Source: Obrimoposthia wandeli
Lineage: Eukaryota
Assembly (NCBI GenBank): GCA_977020255.1
Contig: CDROCS010003817.1
Span: 1-64,000 of the forward strand
Direction: 5' to 3'
DNA: 64,000 bases
The notes under the pieces are model-generated. The model saw only the letters and a program-made list of their open reading frames with translations, had not been told where the DNA came from and did not search any database. Within the stretch, counting starts at the first letter, position 1, and each line of letters begins with the position of its first letter. This document shows, piece after piece, positions 1 through 11,772 of this stretch. Made by a program: the position numbers and the translations under genes.

Positions 1-897
1 ACCTAATATTTCACCCGCATGCACTTTTAAACTGACATCATCTAAGCGGGCAACATTATCGCTATCTTTAATGGTTAGGTTATTTGCTTGCAGTAATACT
101 TCTTTAGGTTTTGCGTCTGTTTTATCCACTTGCAACAGTACTTTACGGCCCACCATTAACTCGGCCAACTCTTCTTTACTTGTCTGTGCAGTCACTCGCG
201 AGGCAACCATCGTACCCCCTCTCATCACTGTCACTTCATCTGTGATAGCGAGTATTTCCTGGAGCTTATGAGTGATCAGCATTACGCTCACCCCTCTACT
301 TCTTAGCGCATTCAATATATCAAATAACTGTTTTACTTCCTGTGGAGTGAGTACTCCTGTCGGCTCATCTAAAATCAGTATTTCAGCTCCGCGATACAGT
401 GCTTTTAATATTTCAACACGCTGCTGCAAACCAACGGCTAATTCACCGGTAATAGCATCGGGATCAACGGCTAAGCCAAACTCTTCAGATAGGCGACTAA
501 GCTCTGCTCTGGCACTTATTTTACTTTGTTTAAGTGAGCTATTTAATTCAGCACCAAGCATCACGTTTTCAAGTACAGTAAAATTTTCAATCAACATAAA
601 ATGTTGATGTACCATGCCAATACCCGCATAAATAGCATCTTTTGAAGATTTTATAGAGGCAAGCTTGCCATTGACTAATATCTCACCGCTGTCAGCTTCA
701 TAAAAGCCGTACAAGATACTCATCAATGTAGATTTACCGGCGCCGTTTTCACCTATAATGCCGTGAATAGACCCTTTGGCAACCATAAGATCAACATCTT
801 TATTTGCGCGCACAGTGCCGAAGCTTTTATTGATTTTTCGCAAGTCAATTGCAGGAGTTAAAGTCGCAGCTTGCTCAGTAATATTGTTATTTGACAT
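1..897 (-). CDS. Sugar/nucleoside ABC transporter ATP-binding protein (NupA/YufO-like), partial; runs off the window start
   Basis: Not in ORF track. Own translation from ATG 897: MSNNNITEQAATLTPAIDLRKINKSFG...GENGAGKST (Walker A)...LAVGLQQRVEILKALYRGAEILILDEPT. Lies downstream of a BMP gene. Confidence 0.93.
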   Translation of the reverse strand, partial: MSNNNITEQAATLTPAIDLRKINKSFGTVRANKDVDLMVAKGSIHGIIGENGAGKSTLMSILYGFYEADSGEILVNGKLASIKSSKDAIYAGIGMVHQHFMLIENFTVLENVMLGAELNSSLKQSKISARAELSRLSEEFGLAVDPDAITGELAVGLQQRVEILKALYRGAEILILDEPTGVLTPQEVKQLFDILNALRSRGVSVMLITHKLQEILAITDEVTVMRGGTMVASRVTAQTSKEELAELMVGRKVLLQVDKTDAKPKEVLLQANNLTIKDSDNVARLDDVSLKVHAGEILG

Positions 898-1036
898 TCA
901 ATATTCACAGTTTTTATTATTGAAAATAACCTTGAAAGTTCTTTAAAGGAGCCAGTATTAAACTTCACAAAAAGAACTAGGCAGTCAGCTGTTATTGATA
1001 CGTTTTAAAATACAAATAATAGCTTGCGTAGAAATT

Positions 1037-1068
1037 AAAGGCGCGAATAACCGAGTATTCACGCCTTT
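1037..1068 (-). terminator. Intergenic stem-loop (terminator/attenuator) between BMP gene and ATPase
   Basis: aaaggcgcgaata-accgag-tattcacgccttt, 13-bp stem with one G-U pair, T-rich on both sides. Confidence 0.6.
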
Positions 1069-1079
1069 ATTTTAATAGC

Positions 1080-2087
1080 TTATAGTGACGGGCACTTGTT
1101 ATCAGACATATAGTCGTGGACAACAATTTTTCCTGCGATGATGTCTGCTTTCGCTTGATCAACAGCGGCTTTCATCTCTGGAGTAATTAAAGATTTGTTG
1201 TGCTCATCATACGCCCAATCAACACCACCTTCTGCCAAGCCTAAAGTATTAAAACCAGGCTTCCAAGTGTCATCTTGAACACCTTTAAAGGTATTATAAG
1301 CTGCAACATTAACCGCTTTAACCATAGACGTTAACATAGTGCCTGGATGAATGTGATTTTGGTTAGAATCAACACCTATCGCAAACTTGCCTGCATCTTT
1401 AGCGGCTTGATAAACACCTACACCGGTGCCACCAGCTGCTGCAAATACGACATCAGAACCACGGTCAAATTGGCTTCGAGCCAGCTCTCCACCTTTTACT
1501 GGGTCATTCCAAGCAGAGGGGGTTGATCCTGTCATATTACTAATGACTTTAATGTCCTTTACTGCATACTTAGCACCTTGTGCAAAACCACAGTTAAAAC
1601 GACGAATTAATGGAATATCCATTCCACCAACAAAACTAACTGATTTAGTTTTAGATTTCATAGCCGCTAATAGACCGACTAGAAATGACCCCTCGTGTTC
1701 TTTGAAAACAATAGACTGTACATTAGGCAACTTTACAACGGCATCTATAATGCTGAATTTAGTATCTGGAAAATCCTTTGCAACTTTTTCAAGCGCTGTC
1801 GCCTGCGCAAAACCGATTGCTAGCACTGGATTCGATTTACGTTGTGCCATCTTACGTATTGCTTGCTCACGCTGTGATGGGTTAGTTACTTCAAACTCAC
1901 GATATTTGATACCGGTTTCTTTTTTAAAGAGTTCAACACCCTCGTACACACCTTGGTTGAAAGATTTATCAAACTTTCCACCCATATCGAATACGACAGC
2001 GGGTTTAATATCAGCCGCCATAGCTGAATGAGCAAAGGTAACAGCTGCTGTTAACATTAGAAGTTGACGTTTCATTGATTTCTCCAT
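1080..2087 (-). CDS. BMP-family ABC substrate-binding protein (purine nucleoside receptor-like)
   Basis: Signal peptide, then DMGGKFDKSFNQ, FKEHEGSFLVG, AAGGTGVGV, IGVDSNQN motifs typical of the Bmp/PnrA family. Start could be the second Met. Confidence 0.92.
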   Translation of the reverse strand: MEKSMKRQLLMLTAAVTFAHSAMAADIKPAVVFDMGGKFDKSFNQGVYEGVELFKKETGIKYREFEVTNPSQREQAIRKMAQRKSNPVLAIGFAQATALEKVAKDFPDTKFSIIDAVVKLPNVQSIVFKEHEGSFLVGLLAAMKSKTKSVSFVGGMDIPLIRRFNCGFAQGAKYAVKDIKVISNMTGSTPSAWNDPVKGGELARSQFDRGSDVVFAAAGGTGVGVYQAAKDAGKFAIGVDSNQNHIHPGTMLTSMVKAVNVAAYNTFKGVQDDTWKPGFNTLGLAEGGVDWAYDEHNKSLITPEMKAAVDQAKADIIAGKIVVHDYMSDNKCPSL

Positions 2088-2503
2088 GATCTAGAATTTT
2101 GATTATTTTTATAGTGAATCAAGACTTGCAATAAGCTGCAGTAATTGACCCTTGATGATTTAGAGCGAGTCTAACTCATCCGTGTTAAATTTTTTCCAGA
2201 AGGACAATTTTCTAAAAAAGTAAAGAGCAGTTAAACAAATTCGTACCCTGTTGTATAGGCAAAAAAGGATAATTAATATAATCACCTCGCAATTGTACCC
2301 AATTCAATCACGAATTTAGTACAATTTTTAAAATTTACTTTATCTTAGCTTTAAATGGCCACATACGGCCTTATCAGATCAGTTTTTAATGCCTTTTATC
2401 ACTAAGATCGCATATTCAGATTTATTCATAGAAAATGCTAGCGTAAGATAGAGATATTTTAGTGTGCCTAAAATATATTAGGTTAAATAAGGACTCTGTG
2501 AAC

Positions 2504-3310
2504 ATGAAACGTACTCCGTTACTCTCTTTTGTTGGGTTAATGGCCTGCTTGGTCATCAATCCGGTTTCAGCTGCAAGTATTAGTAAAGCCAAAGCAGCAA
2601 TAGAAGCCAAAGATTATAAAACAGCGTTAAAAGAATTAGGGCCATTGGTCAGTGCTAACAAGCCTGGGGCTACTAATTTAATGGGAAAAATGTATCAAAA
2701 CGGCTGGGGAGTTCCCGCCAGTTTAGACAAAGCAAAAGGGTATTATAAAAAAGGTGCTCGTATAGGTCATATAGGCAGTGTTAATAGCCTAAGAGCTATT
2801 GACGATATTGAGTATTTAAAAGAATTAGATTTAATAAAACAAAAAGCAAGTACTGGTAATGCCACTGCGCAAAACCGACTAGGTGAGATGCTTGAATACG
2901 GGTTTGGTGTAAAACGCGATGCCAAGGCAGCGTTTGAGCAGTATAAACTAGCCGCTGACCAAGGCTACGTTGCAGCACAACACAATATAGGGCGTAGTTA
3001 CAATTTTGGCACCGGCATAGAACAAGATTTCGCTACAGCAGAAAGCTGGTACCGTATTGCTGCGAATAAAGGTTACAACAAATCAATGTTTTATTTAGGC
3101 ACTTTATATGCAACAGCTCATGGGCAAGATAACAGCGCCGATCAAGATATTATTGCCTTCGCTTGGATGAACAATGCCGCAGCTTTAGGTGATACCACAG
3201 CAGCGTCTATCGAGAACAGGTTGCTAATGAAGCTTGATGAAAATCAAATGGGCGAAGCTAAATCTCTGGCACAAGAGTATAAAAAAACCTACGTTACTCC
3301 TTTCAAATAA
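2504..3310 (+). CDS. Secreted Sel1/TPR-repeat protein
   Basis: Signal peptide and Sel1 repeats (AQNRLGEMLEYGFGV, AQHNIGRSYNFGTGI, SMFYLGTLYATAHG). Start moved from track 2462 to ATG 2504, which follows an AAGGAC RBS. Confidence 0.88.
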   Translation: MKRTPLLSFVGLMACLVINPVSAASISKAKAAIEAKDYKTALKELGPLVSANKPGATNLMGKMYQNGWGVPASLDKAKGYYKKGARIGHIGSVNSLRAIDDIEYLKELDLIKQKASTGNATAQNRLGEMLEYGFGVKRDAKAAFEQYKLAADQGYVAAQHNIGRSYNFGTGIEQDFATAESWYRIAANKGYNKSMFYLGTLYATAHGQDNSADQDIIAFAWMNNAAALGDTTAASIENRLLMKLDENQMGEAKSLAQEYKKTYVTPFK

Positions 3311-3403
3311 CGAGCCTAAAGCAGAGCTAATGATCTAAACATCTATTCGCTCTGCTACTGTTTTAAGCCTTACACATTCTATATAACTCATGATTAGACA
3401 TTA

Positions 3404-3841
3404 ATGATTAAAAGTTACGATCAATCAAATATTTTGCCTGCATCCTTACTCAGGCGTCTCGGTGCCGTTATCTACGACTGCCTTATTGTTATTGCATTAA
3501 GCTTTGCAGTCACCGCTTTGTGGATGCTGGTAACAAACACCGAACAAGCCGTAGGGCCTGCTTACCAATCAACGTTGTTTCTCAGCATCTTCGCTTTCTT
3601 TGGTTTTTTTTGGACACACTCAGGCCAAACAATTGGCATGATAGCCTGGCGCATTAGAGTACAATCAAAAGAAGGCTATGCCATCACTTGGACGCAAGCA
3701 CTTATTCGTTTTTTTACCGCTATGTTTTCATTCGCTATATTTGGCTTAGGTTATTTATGGATGCTAATAAATGATGAAAAAAACACATGGCACGACAAAA
3801 CATCCAATACAGAAATTGTCTACATACCAAAGAAAGCATAA
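3404..3841 (+). CDS. RDD family membrane protein
   Basis: ASLLRRLGAVIYD, GQTIGMIAWRIRV and TWHD motifs; convergent with lptG. Confidence 0.9.
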   Translation: MIKSYDQSNILPASLLRRLGAVIYDCLIVIALSFAVTALWMLVTNTEQAVGPAYQSTLFLSIFAFFGFFWTHSGQTIGMIAWRIRVQSKEGYAITWTQALIRFFTAMFSFAIFGLGYLWMLINDEKNTWHDKTSNTEIVYIPKKA

Positions 3842-4084
3842 GTAACAACAAAGATGAAATATGTGTATTTAGAAAAAGTAAGGCACAGTATAGATAACTC
3901 CAGCTAAGTGACACCCCTCTTCATGAAGCAAAGTCGCGCCTAAGCAGAGGGCTTACCCCGAGTAATCTTTATTGACTCAAGGCTCGAGCAGCTCTTATTA
4001 CTTAAAACGTACTTACTATCAAAAGCGCATTTAAGCTTTTTTTACGAGTAAACCAACCGATTAAATACAGTGCTTATTTAAGCG

Positions 4085-5149
4085 CTATACCTTAGATCGG
4101 TTTAACAAAATCGCTCCGAAGGCAAGACATACCAGGATAGGAACCAATACTGCCAATAGTGGTGAAACTCCAGCGACAGAGCTCATTTGCCCAAGAATGT
4201 CTTGTATAAACTTAAAGAACAGTCCTGTAATAACACCCGCTATTATCCGCTGCCCTACTGTCACACTTCTTAAGGGCCCAAAAATAAACAGTATACCAAT
4301 CAGCACTAAAGCAATAACCGTCAACGGCTGAAATAATTTACTCCAAAAAGCGAAAAAATATGCATCAGCTTGTAATTGCTGCTCTGATAAATACTGAGCA
4401 AAAGACCATAAATTACTTAATGCTAAATCACTTGGCTCTACCACTAATGCAGCCAATAGATGAGGAGTTAATCCTAAGCTCCATTTTTCTTGCTGCACAG
4501 TAGACACTTCAGTTTTATTAGCGCTTAAGGTTGTTTTGCTAATACCGCTCAAGAGCCAATGATCAGTTTTATAGACTCCTGTTTGAGCAAAACTAGAAGT
4601 TGTCAGTTCACCTTTGTCATTAAACTCAAACCGAGTAACCCCTTTAATTATCCCACCCGGTACAACTGCGTTTATATGTATATAAGTGTCTGCTTCTCGG
4701 TGCCAAACACCGTATTGGGAATGTAAGGCTTTTCCTCTACCCGTTGCTTGAGCTTTAGTGGACTGCGCAAGCTGCTCGCTAATGGGTACTACAAACTCAC
4801 CTGCAGCCATCGATATAAATGCCAGTAATAAGGCTGGCTTAATTACCGACATAATAATTTTAAAGGTAGATATACCAGCCGCGCGCATTACTGTTAGCTC
4901 ACTGTGGCTGGCTAGCATTCCCAGCCCAACCAAACATCCGACTAAACTACTGAGCGGTAAAAATTCGTAGAAACTGCCAGGCAATTTTAAAAATAGGTAT
5001 TTCAAAATCACCAAAGAGTTATAGGTATCAGTCGTATCTTGTATCTCATCCATGTAAGCAAAAACAAAATCTAAGCCTATTACGACTATTAATACGATAA
5101 AAATAGAAGACAGTACTTGCACAGCAACATAGCGGTCTAAACACTTCAT
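4085..5149 (-). CDS. lptG: LPS export ABC permease LptG
   Basis: LDRYVA start, LASHSELTVMRAAGIS, FGPLRSVTVGQR; downstream of lptF. Confidence 0.95.
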   Translation of the reverse strand: MKCLDRYVAVQVLSSIFIVLIVVIGLDFVFAYMDEIQDTTDTYNSLVILKYLFLKLPGSFYEFLPLSSLVGCLVGLGMLASHSELTVMRAAGISTFKIIMSVIKPALLLAFISMAAGEFVVPISEQLAQSTKAQATGRGKALHSQYGVWHREADTYIHINAVVPGGIIKGVTRFEFNDKGELTTSSFAQTGVYKTDHWLLSGISKTTLSANKTEVSTVQQEKWSLGLTPHLLAALVVEPSDLALSNLWSFAQYLSEQQLQADAYFFAFWSKLFQPLTVIALVLIGILFIFGPLRSVTVGQRIIAGVITGLFFKFIQDILGQMSSVAGVSPLLAVLVPILVCLAFGAILLNRSKV

Positions 5150-5150
5150 G

Positions 5151-6269
5151 CTATTTGTCTCCTTTTTTTAAAACGATGTTATATATGTTAGTAATGCTAG
5201 GTAGCCTATTCAGTAAATTACTCCAAAACTGTTCAAAAAATATCAAACTTAATCCATAGATAAAAAAGACCAAATGTACTAGCCATATTAAGAGCGGACT
5301 CACCCCTTCTTCTACTTGATCACGTGCAGACATAAGTAATGATAAATAAACCAAATAAAGCAATATGGTTGGAATAAGCTGGGCGTAGCGGCCTTGTCTT
5401 GGGTTAGTTCGACTTAAAGGCACCGCTATAAGCACCACAATAAACGCTAATAAAGGTAGCGATAAACGCCATTGTAGCTCTGCTATATATTTATTATCTT
5501 TACTGCTGAGCAGGAATGCAGTGGTCTTAGCATAAGGCTCATCGGTATCTATTTTCAATTTTCTTTTGGGTAACAAATAGCCGTATTCAGTATATTGAAG
5601 CTGATCGTATTCGTAAGTACCGGGAACACCGGTGTAGCGGTAGCCATTTTTTAGTACCAAATAGCGCTTTCCTTTTGTTTCTTGCTGAAAGCCACTGTTG
5701 GCGTAGGTAATTTCTAGCTTCCCATTTTCTTTGTTAAGCTGGGAGATAAAAACTTTCTCCATTTTACTGCGATTATCCGTAAACTTACTGGTGTAAACGG
5801 TGCGTCCACCGGGTATTTTTTGAAAGCGTCCAGCTGTAAGAGTATCCAGTTCACTCATGGCATCACGTTTTGCATAAGCCACTTCTAATTGATCTATAGC
5901 AATAGGCGAGATATACAAACTTAAGCTGCCTACTATAATAGCCCCTCCTAACGCAGGGCCCAAAGCAAACAACACTAGCTGCTTCCCACTTATACCACTT
6001 GCTTTAAGCACCGCCATTTCACTTTCAAGATACAACTTACCATAGGCAAGCAACACACCTAAAAACAACGACAGAGGTAAAATAAGCATCAACATGCCAG
6101 GTAATCTGTAAATAATAAACTCTAATATAAAAACAAAGTTTAGCTCACCCGGGCTCGCTCTTGTCAGCATGTTAATTAAACGTCCGCTGACAATGATTGG
6201 CACCAATATCAATGCAACCGCAAAAGTACTAAAAAATATCTCTCTAGAGAGATAACGATAGATAATCAA
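5151..6269 (-). CDS. lptF: LPS export ABC permease LptF
   Basis: MIIYRYLSRE (TTG start), LYLESEMAVLKASG, PLSRTNPRQGRY; divergent from pepA. Confidence 0.95.
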   Translation of the reverse strand: MIIYRYLSREIFFSTFAVALILVPIIVSGRLINMLTRASPGELNFVFILEFIIYRLPGMLMLILPLSLFLGVLLAYGKLYLESEMAVLKASGISGKQLVLFALGPALGGAIIVGSLSLYISPIAIDQLEVAYAKRDAMSELDTLTAGRFQKIPGGRTVYTSKFTDNRSKMEKVFISQLNKENGKLEITYANSGFQQETKGKRYLVLKNGYRYTGVPGTYEYDQLQYTEYGYLLPKRKLKIDTDEPYAKTTAFLLSSKDNKYIAELQWRLSLPLLAFIVVLIAVPLSRTNPRQGRYAQLIPTILLYLVYLSLLMSARDQVEEGVSPLLIWLVHLVFFIYGLSLIFFEQFWSNLLNRLPSITNIYNIVLKKGDK

Positions 6270-6520
6270 AGAGTTTTGCCCTGTCGCTATATATTGAAAA
6301 GGTTTATAGTACTGGCCTAAATGCGTTAGATTTACTTTTGTGTAAGCTTAACGCAAGACCGTTGGGGAGATCCCCTAAATTACCATTATTATATTACGCA
6401 TTATAAGCAATAATTTAAACAGACACACCAAGCGTCTATAAGTTTAATTTAATCTGTAATAACAATAGTTAATGCGGCATTATCTTACAAAGTCAGCCTT
6501 AAGTCATCACCGGAGTATAT

Positions 6521-8026
6521 ATGGATTTCGAAATTATCAGTAGTGAGCTACACGCTATTAAAACACAATGCTTAGTTATAGGCATAGAAGCAGATTCAAC
6601 TCTTACCCCTGCAGCAAAAATAATTGATACAGCCACAGATGGTCAAATTTCAGCCGTTCTAAATGATGGTGATCATCAAGGCAAATCAGGACAGTGCCTG
6701 ATCCTTCGTAATTTAAGTGGAATAGCTGCAAAACGCGTATTACTAGTAGGCCTTGGCGTTGCAACAAAACGTACTGATAACGTACAAAAAAGCATTATTA
6801 AAGCAGTTTTTTCGCAGCTTAAAACTAACAGTATTAGCGAAGTAACGATAGCTTTAGAAGACAAGGCAAATAAAGATTCTGATTTATATCGCCAGCTGCG
6901 TTTAAGTGTACAAACAGCTTGCCAAGAGTTTTATCAATACGATGAAACCAAAACAACCAAAGCTGAAGAGCCTAAGCTTACAGACATTCGCTTTGTGGTT
7001 GAAGAAAGCCAGGAAATGGATGCACAAGCAGGTTTATTGGACGGTACAGCTGTCGCTAACGGCATGAGTGTTGCACGCGAACTGGGTAACTTACCTGGCA
7101 ATATTTGCACACCTACCTACCTAAGCCAAGAAGCCCTTGAACTAGAACAAGGCTTTGAGAACATTAGCTGCGAGATATTAGATGAAGCAGCAATGGACGA
7201 GCTAGGTATGCACAGCTTACTTTCAGTTGGTAACGGTAGCATCGAGCCTTCACAACTTATTGTGATTAAATACAACGGTGGCGAACCAGACCAACAGCCC
7301 CATGTTTTAGTCGGTAAAGGCGTTACATTCGATACAGGTGGTATTTCATTAAAGCCTGGTGCTTCAATGGATGAGATGAAGTTCGATATGTGTGGTGCTG
7401 CAAGCGTCATGGGAACGATGCATTCTATCGCTGAAATGGAATTACCGATGAATGTTATTGGCGTCATTGCTGCCGCTGAAAACATGCCATCAGATCGGGC
7501 AACTAAACCGGGTGATGTTATAACAACGATGTCGGGTAAGACGGTAGAAGTATTAAATACTGATGCAGAAGGCCGCTTAGTTCTTTGTGATGCACTCACC
7601 TATGTAGAGAGATTCAATCCCAAAACCGTTATTGATATAGCGACTTTAACCGGTGCTGTAATCGTGGCTCTTGGCCATCAAGCATCTGCCGTCATGTCTA
7701 ACAATGACGAGCTTGCCAACGAGCTAATCGTTGCAGGCGAATACGCAGCCGATCGCACTTGGCGTCTACCTATTTGGGATGAATATCAAGAATTGCTCGA
7801 TAGTAATTTCGCTGATATCGCTAACATTGGCGGTCCTTCAGCAGGCTCTATTACAGCTGCATGCTTTCTTGCACGATTCACTGAAAAATATCAATGGGCA
7901 CATTTAGACATTGCGGGTATCGCTTGGAACAAAGGCAAAGAAAAAGGTGCTTCAGGGCGCGCTGTTCCAATTTTATGTCAATACTTAATGAATACCGCTG
8001 CTGACTTAGTAAATGATGAAAGTTAA
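6521..8026 (+). CDS. pepA: Leucyl aminopeptidase (M17)
   Basis: GKGVTFDTGGISLK, MKFDMCGAA, NTDAEGRLVLCD motifs. Confidence 0.97.
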   Translation: MDFEIISSELHAIKTQCLVIGIEADSTLTPAAKIIDTATDGQISAVLNDGDHQGKSGQCLILRNLSGIAAKRVLLVGLGVATKRTDNVQKSIIKAVFSQLKTNSISEVTIALEDKANKDSDLYRQLRLSVQTACQEFYQYDETKTTKAEEPKLTDIRFVVEESQEMDAQAGLLDGTAVANGMSVARELGNLPGNICTPTYLSQEALELEQGFENISCEILDEAAMDELGMHSLLSVGNGSIEPSQLIVIKYNGGEPDQQPHVLVGKGVTFDTGGISLKPGASMDEMKFDMCGAASVMGTMHSIAEMELPMNVIGVIAAAENMPSDRATKPGDVITTMSGKTVEVLNTDAEGRLVLCDALTYVERFNPKTVIDIATLTGAVIVALGHQASAVMSNNDELANELIVAGEYAADRTWRLPIWDEYQELLDSNFADIANIGGPSAGSITAACFLARFTEKYQWAHLDIAGIAWNKGKEKGASGRAVPILCQYLMNTAADLVNDES

Positions 8027-8126
8027 GCACTAAACATATCCCCTGTAATAGTAGTGTTTTACTGATTACCGGGGATCATTCTTTTTATCAGCGATACAAA
8101 TACATATATACATTAGATAAGGCACT

Positions 8127-8561
8127 ATGAAAAAAGCAGACTTTTATATCCTTGATGGCAGCGATGAAGACGCTCGCCAACTGTTTTTGTGCAAATTACT
8201 CAATCGTATTCTGCAGTCAAAGCATTTAATATATTTATATTGCGCCGATAAAGAGCGCGCCCAAACATTAAGCCAACTGTTGTGGCAATTCTCTGAAACC
8301 AGTTTTTTAGCCAACAAACTAGTCACACAAGACTTAAAAGCACCTATCTCTATCGGGTGGCCAGATCATCATCAGTGTGATCACAAAGATGTCATCATTA
8401 ATTTGAGCGAACATATTCCTAGCGGTGCTGAAAGCTTTGAGCGAATTGCTGAAATAGTTATTCAACGAAGCGAATCATTGCAGGGAAGCCGGGAGCGCTA
8501 CAAAACCTATCGCAGCGCCGGGTTTGAGATTATGCACAATGATATGCGAGCAAAGCAGTAA
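8127..8561 (+). CDS. holC: DNA polymerase III chi subunit
   Basis: MKKADFYIL, LLWQFSETSFL, FERIAEIV, RERYKTYR; conserved position between pepA and valS. Confidence 0.92.
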   Translation: MKKADFYILDGSDEDARQLFLCKLLNRILQSKHLIYLYCADKERAQTLSQLLWQFSETSFLANKLVTQDLKAPISIGWPDHHQCDHKDVIINLSEHIPSGAESFERIAEIVIQRSESLQGSRERYKTYRSAGFEIMHNDMRAKQ

Positions 8562-8797
8562 ATTTAACTGTAAAGCCCACCCCTGATTAACAATCAACAC
8601 ATAAATGGCGCTTGATGATTTAGCACTATCCAATTTTTTCATAATAAACCATCGCTTTCACAGCTATATATAGACGCCCTTTAATTGCCTTAACCTCACT
8701 TGAGGCCGTTAGTTTCCCCGTATTTCTTAACGCTATTTACTGTTATCAATCGATGACTGCATGTATACTTCGCCCTTTGTTGCGCAGTAAAGCGCAT

Positions 8798-8840
8798 TAT
8801 AATTTCAATAGCGTTAAGTGCTTTCGTATGCACTTAACGC
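8798..8840 (+). promoter_or_regulatory. Putative valS -10 element and 5' leader hairpin
   Basis: TATAAT at 8798-8803, then perfect 11-bp stem gcgttaagtgc (8811-8821)/gcacttaacgc (8830-8840). Confidence 0.5.
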
Positions 8841-8868
8841 ACTGACACAAAGTTAGAGACCTAAACCA

Positions 8869-11724
8869 ATGGATAAGACTTACCAGCCGGCTAGCATAGA
8901 AACTTCTTGGTACAAAACTTGGGAAGATAATAACTACTTCGCCCCTAGCGGCAAAGGTGAAGCTTACTCAATGGTCATACCACCGCCAAATGTCACTGGC
9001 TCTTTACATATGGGCCATGCCTTTCAACATACGATCATGGATACTTTAATTCGCTACCAGCGGATGAAAGGTAAAAACACATTATGGCAAGTAGGCACGG
9101 ACCATGCTGGCATCGCGACACAAATGATTGTAGAGCGTAAACTAGCGGCACAAACTGGACAAACACGCCACGATTTGGGCAGAGCAGCCTTCACTGACAA
9201 AATTTGGGAATGGAAAGAAGAGTCAGGCGGTAATATTACTCGCCAAATGCGCCGTCTGGGTAACTCAGTCGATTGGTCTAAAGAGCGTTTTACAATGGAC
9301 CCTGAGTTTCAACAATCAGTGGAAGAAGCATTTATCAGCCTATATGATGAAGGCCTTATATACCGTGGTAAGCGCTTGGTTAACTGGGACCCTAAATTAC
9401 ACACTGCCATATCTGATTTAGAAGTAGAGAGCAAAGAAGTAAAAGGTAAAATGTGGTACTTGCGCTACCCACTTGCCGATGGCGTTACTACTGATGCAGG
9501 TGATGATCATATTATCGTCGCGACAACACGCCCAGAGACTATGTTTGGCGATACTGCTATTGCTGTAAACCCTGAAGACCCTAGATTTAAAAGCATAGTA
9601 GGAAAATTTGTAAAACTGCCGTTAGTAGGCCGCCTTGTTCCGATCATAGCTGATGAACACGCAAACATGGAAAAAGGTACCGGTTGTGTAAAAATCACTC
9701 CTGCACACGATTTCAATGACTATGAAGTGGGCAAGCGTTGCAAGTTACCTATGATCAATGTTTTAACCTTTAATGCCGACTTACGTGAAGTAGGCCAAGG
9801 GTTTAACAGCGACGGGACGCTCAATAGCGAAATTAACTGTCATATACCTGAGAAATACCATGGGATGGAGCGCTTCGCAGCGAGGCGCGAAGTAGTGGCT
9901 GATTTCGATGCATTAGGTTTCTTAGTCAAAATAGACGAAAACAACATGACTATCCCATACGGTGATAGAGGTGGTGTTGTTATTGAACCAATGCTAACTG
10001 ATCAGTGGTTTGCCGATGCTAAAACATTAGCTAAACCCACCATTGAAGCAGTAGAGAATGGCGATATAAAGTTTGTACCTAAGCAGTACGAAAATATGTT
10101 TTTCTCATGGATGCGCGATATCCAAGACTGGTGCATCTCTCGCCAACTATGGTGGGGACACCGTATTCCTGCATTCTATGATGCAACAGGTAAAGTATAT
10201 GTAGCTTCAACTGAAGAGGCAGCACGTGTTAAATACAACTTAGCGGCAGATATTACCCTAACCCAGGATAACGATGTATTAGATACTTGGTTTAGTTCTG
10301 GCTTATGGAGCTTTGCAACCATGGGTTGGCCTGCACAAACCGATGAGCTTGAAACCTTTCACCCTACAGACACATTAGTGACAGGATTCGATATTATTTT
10401 CTTCTGGGTTGCCAGAATGATGATGATGAGCATGCACTTATGTAAAGACCGTGAAGGTAAGACCCAAATTCCATTTAAAAACGTATACATCACCGGATTA
10501 GTGCGTGATGAAAGCGGCGAAAAAATGTCTAAATCTAAAGGCAATGTATTAGACCCTTTAGATATGATTGATGGCATCAGCCTTGATGATTTACTCGAAA
10601 AACGTACCGGCAATATGATGCAGCCGCAAATGGCAGAAAAAATAGCCAAACGCACCAAAAAAGAATACGCAGACGGTATTCCTGCACACGGGACAGACGC
10701 ATTGCGCTTTACACTTGCCGCACTTGCCTCTACTGGTCGTGATATTAACTGGGATATGAAACGCCTAGAAGGCTATCGTAATTTCTGCAATAAAATATGG
10801 AACGCCGCTCGCTATGTAGAAATGAATACGCAAGGCGAAGACTGCGGGCAACAAGGAGGCGAAATTGAACTCTCTTTGGCTGATCGATGGATAAAAAGCA
10901 AACTGCAACAAATCGAAATCGATACCGCCAAACACATTGACGAATACCGATTAGATTTAGCAGCCCAAACACTGTATGACTTTATCTGGAATGAATACTG
11001 CGGCTGGTACCTAGAGCTTTCTAAACCTGTTCTTTGGAGCGAGGGAGCAACAGATGCTCAAAAACGTGGTACGCGTCGCACCTTAGTGCGTGTCCTTGAA
11101 GTCATTATGCGCTTAACTCACCCTATCATGCCTTACCTGACTGAAGAAATTTGGCAGTCAATCAAAACGCTGGCCGCTGTTGAAGGTGAAAGCATTATGC
11201 TACAAAGCTACCCTAAAGCTGATTTAACTGCGATAGACTTAGACGCTGAAGCTGATATCGACTGGCTAAAAGGTGTCATTACTGGCGTGCGTAATATCCG
11301 TGGTGAAATGGGAATTTCACCTGCTACAGAGCTTTGCATATTAATCAACAACGGTAGTGACTCTGACAGCACACGCCTTGAGGCAAACCGCACCTTCTTA
11401 ATGAAACTAGCGTCTCTAGCCGAGATCACTTGGTTAAATCCAGGCGATGAAGCCCCTATGTCTGCAACTCAACTGGTAGGTAAAATGGAAGTACTTGTTC
11501 CTATGGCCGGCCTAATAGATAAAGACGCTGAACTCTCTCGTTTAAATAAAGAAATTGAAAAATTAGATAAAGAAGTGGGCCGGATTGAAGGCAAACTTGG
11601 CAATCAAAAATTTGTTGCCAATGCACCTGAAGCAGTTGTCGCCAAAGAGCGTGAAAAAATTGCGCAATTTAAGGCATCTCAAGAAAAACTGATAGAACAG
11701 CGTGAAAAAATAGCTGCACTTTAG
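8869..11724 (+). CDS. valS: Valine--tRNA ligase
   Basis: [13 protein letters not shown] (HIGH), KMSKSKGN, C-terminal coiled coil. Confidence 0.99.
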   Translation: MDKTYQPASIETSWYKTWEDNNYFAPSGKGEAYSMVIPPPNVTGSLHMGHAFQHTIMDTLIRYQRMKGKNTLWQVGTDHAGIATQMIVERKLAAQTGQTRHDLGRAAFTDKIWEWKEESGGNITRQMRRLGNSVDWSKERFTMDPEFQQSVEEAFISLYDEGLIYRGKRLVNWDPKLHTAISDLEVESKEVKGKMWYLRYPLADGVTTDAGDDHIIVATTRPETMFGDTAIAVNPEDPRFKSIVGKFVKLPLVGRLVPIIADEHANMEKGTGCVKITPAHDFNDYEVGKRCKLPMINVLTFNADLREVGQGFNSDGTLNSEINCHIPEKYHGMERFAARREVVADFDALGFLVKIDENNMTIPYGDRGGVVIEPMLTDQWFADAKTLAKPTIEAVENGDIKFVPKQYENMFFSWMRDIQDWCISRQLWWGHRIPAFYDATGKVYVASTEEAARVKYNLAADITLTQDNDVLDTWFSSGLWSFATMGWPAQTDELETFHPTDTLVTGFDIIFFWVARMMMMSMHLCKDREGKTQIPFKNVYITGLVRDESGEKMSKSKGNVLDPLDMIDGISLDDLLEKRTGNMMQPQMAEKIAKRTKKEYADGIPAHGTDALRFTLAALASTGRDINWDMKRLEGYRNFCNKIWNAARYVEMNTQGEDCGQQGGEIELSLADRWIKSKLQQIEIDTAKHIDEYRLDLAAQTLYDFIWNEYCGWYLELSKPVLWSEGATDAQKRGTRRTLVRVLEVIMRLTHPIMPYLTEEIWQSIKTLAAVEGESIMLQSYPKADLTAIDLDAEADIDWLKGVITGVRNIRGEMGISPATELCILINNGSDSDSTRLEANRTFLMKLASLAEITWLNPGDEAPMSATQLVGKMEVLVPMAGLIDKDAELSRLNKEIEKLDKEVGRIEGKLGNQKFVANAPEAVVAKEREKIAQFKASQEKLIEQREKIAAL

Positions 11725-11734
11725 CTTTAGCTCT

Positions 11735-11772
11735 ATTACCAAACAAGAGCGTAATCACTCTTGTTTGGTAAT
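11735..11772 (+). terminator. Stem-loop after valS
   Basis: Perfect 15-bp inverted repeat attaccaaacaagag/ctcttgtttggtaat; no clear U-tract. Confidence 0.6.

Noticed and set aside
71-607. Plus-strand track ORFs 71-271 and 272-607
   Set aside because: Antisense shadows of the minus-strand ABC ATPase, which has full Walker and signature motifs.
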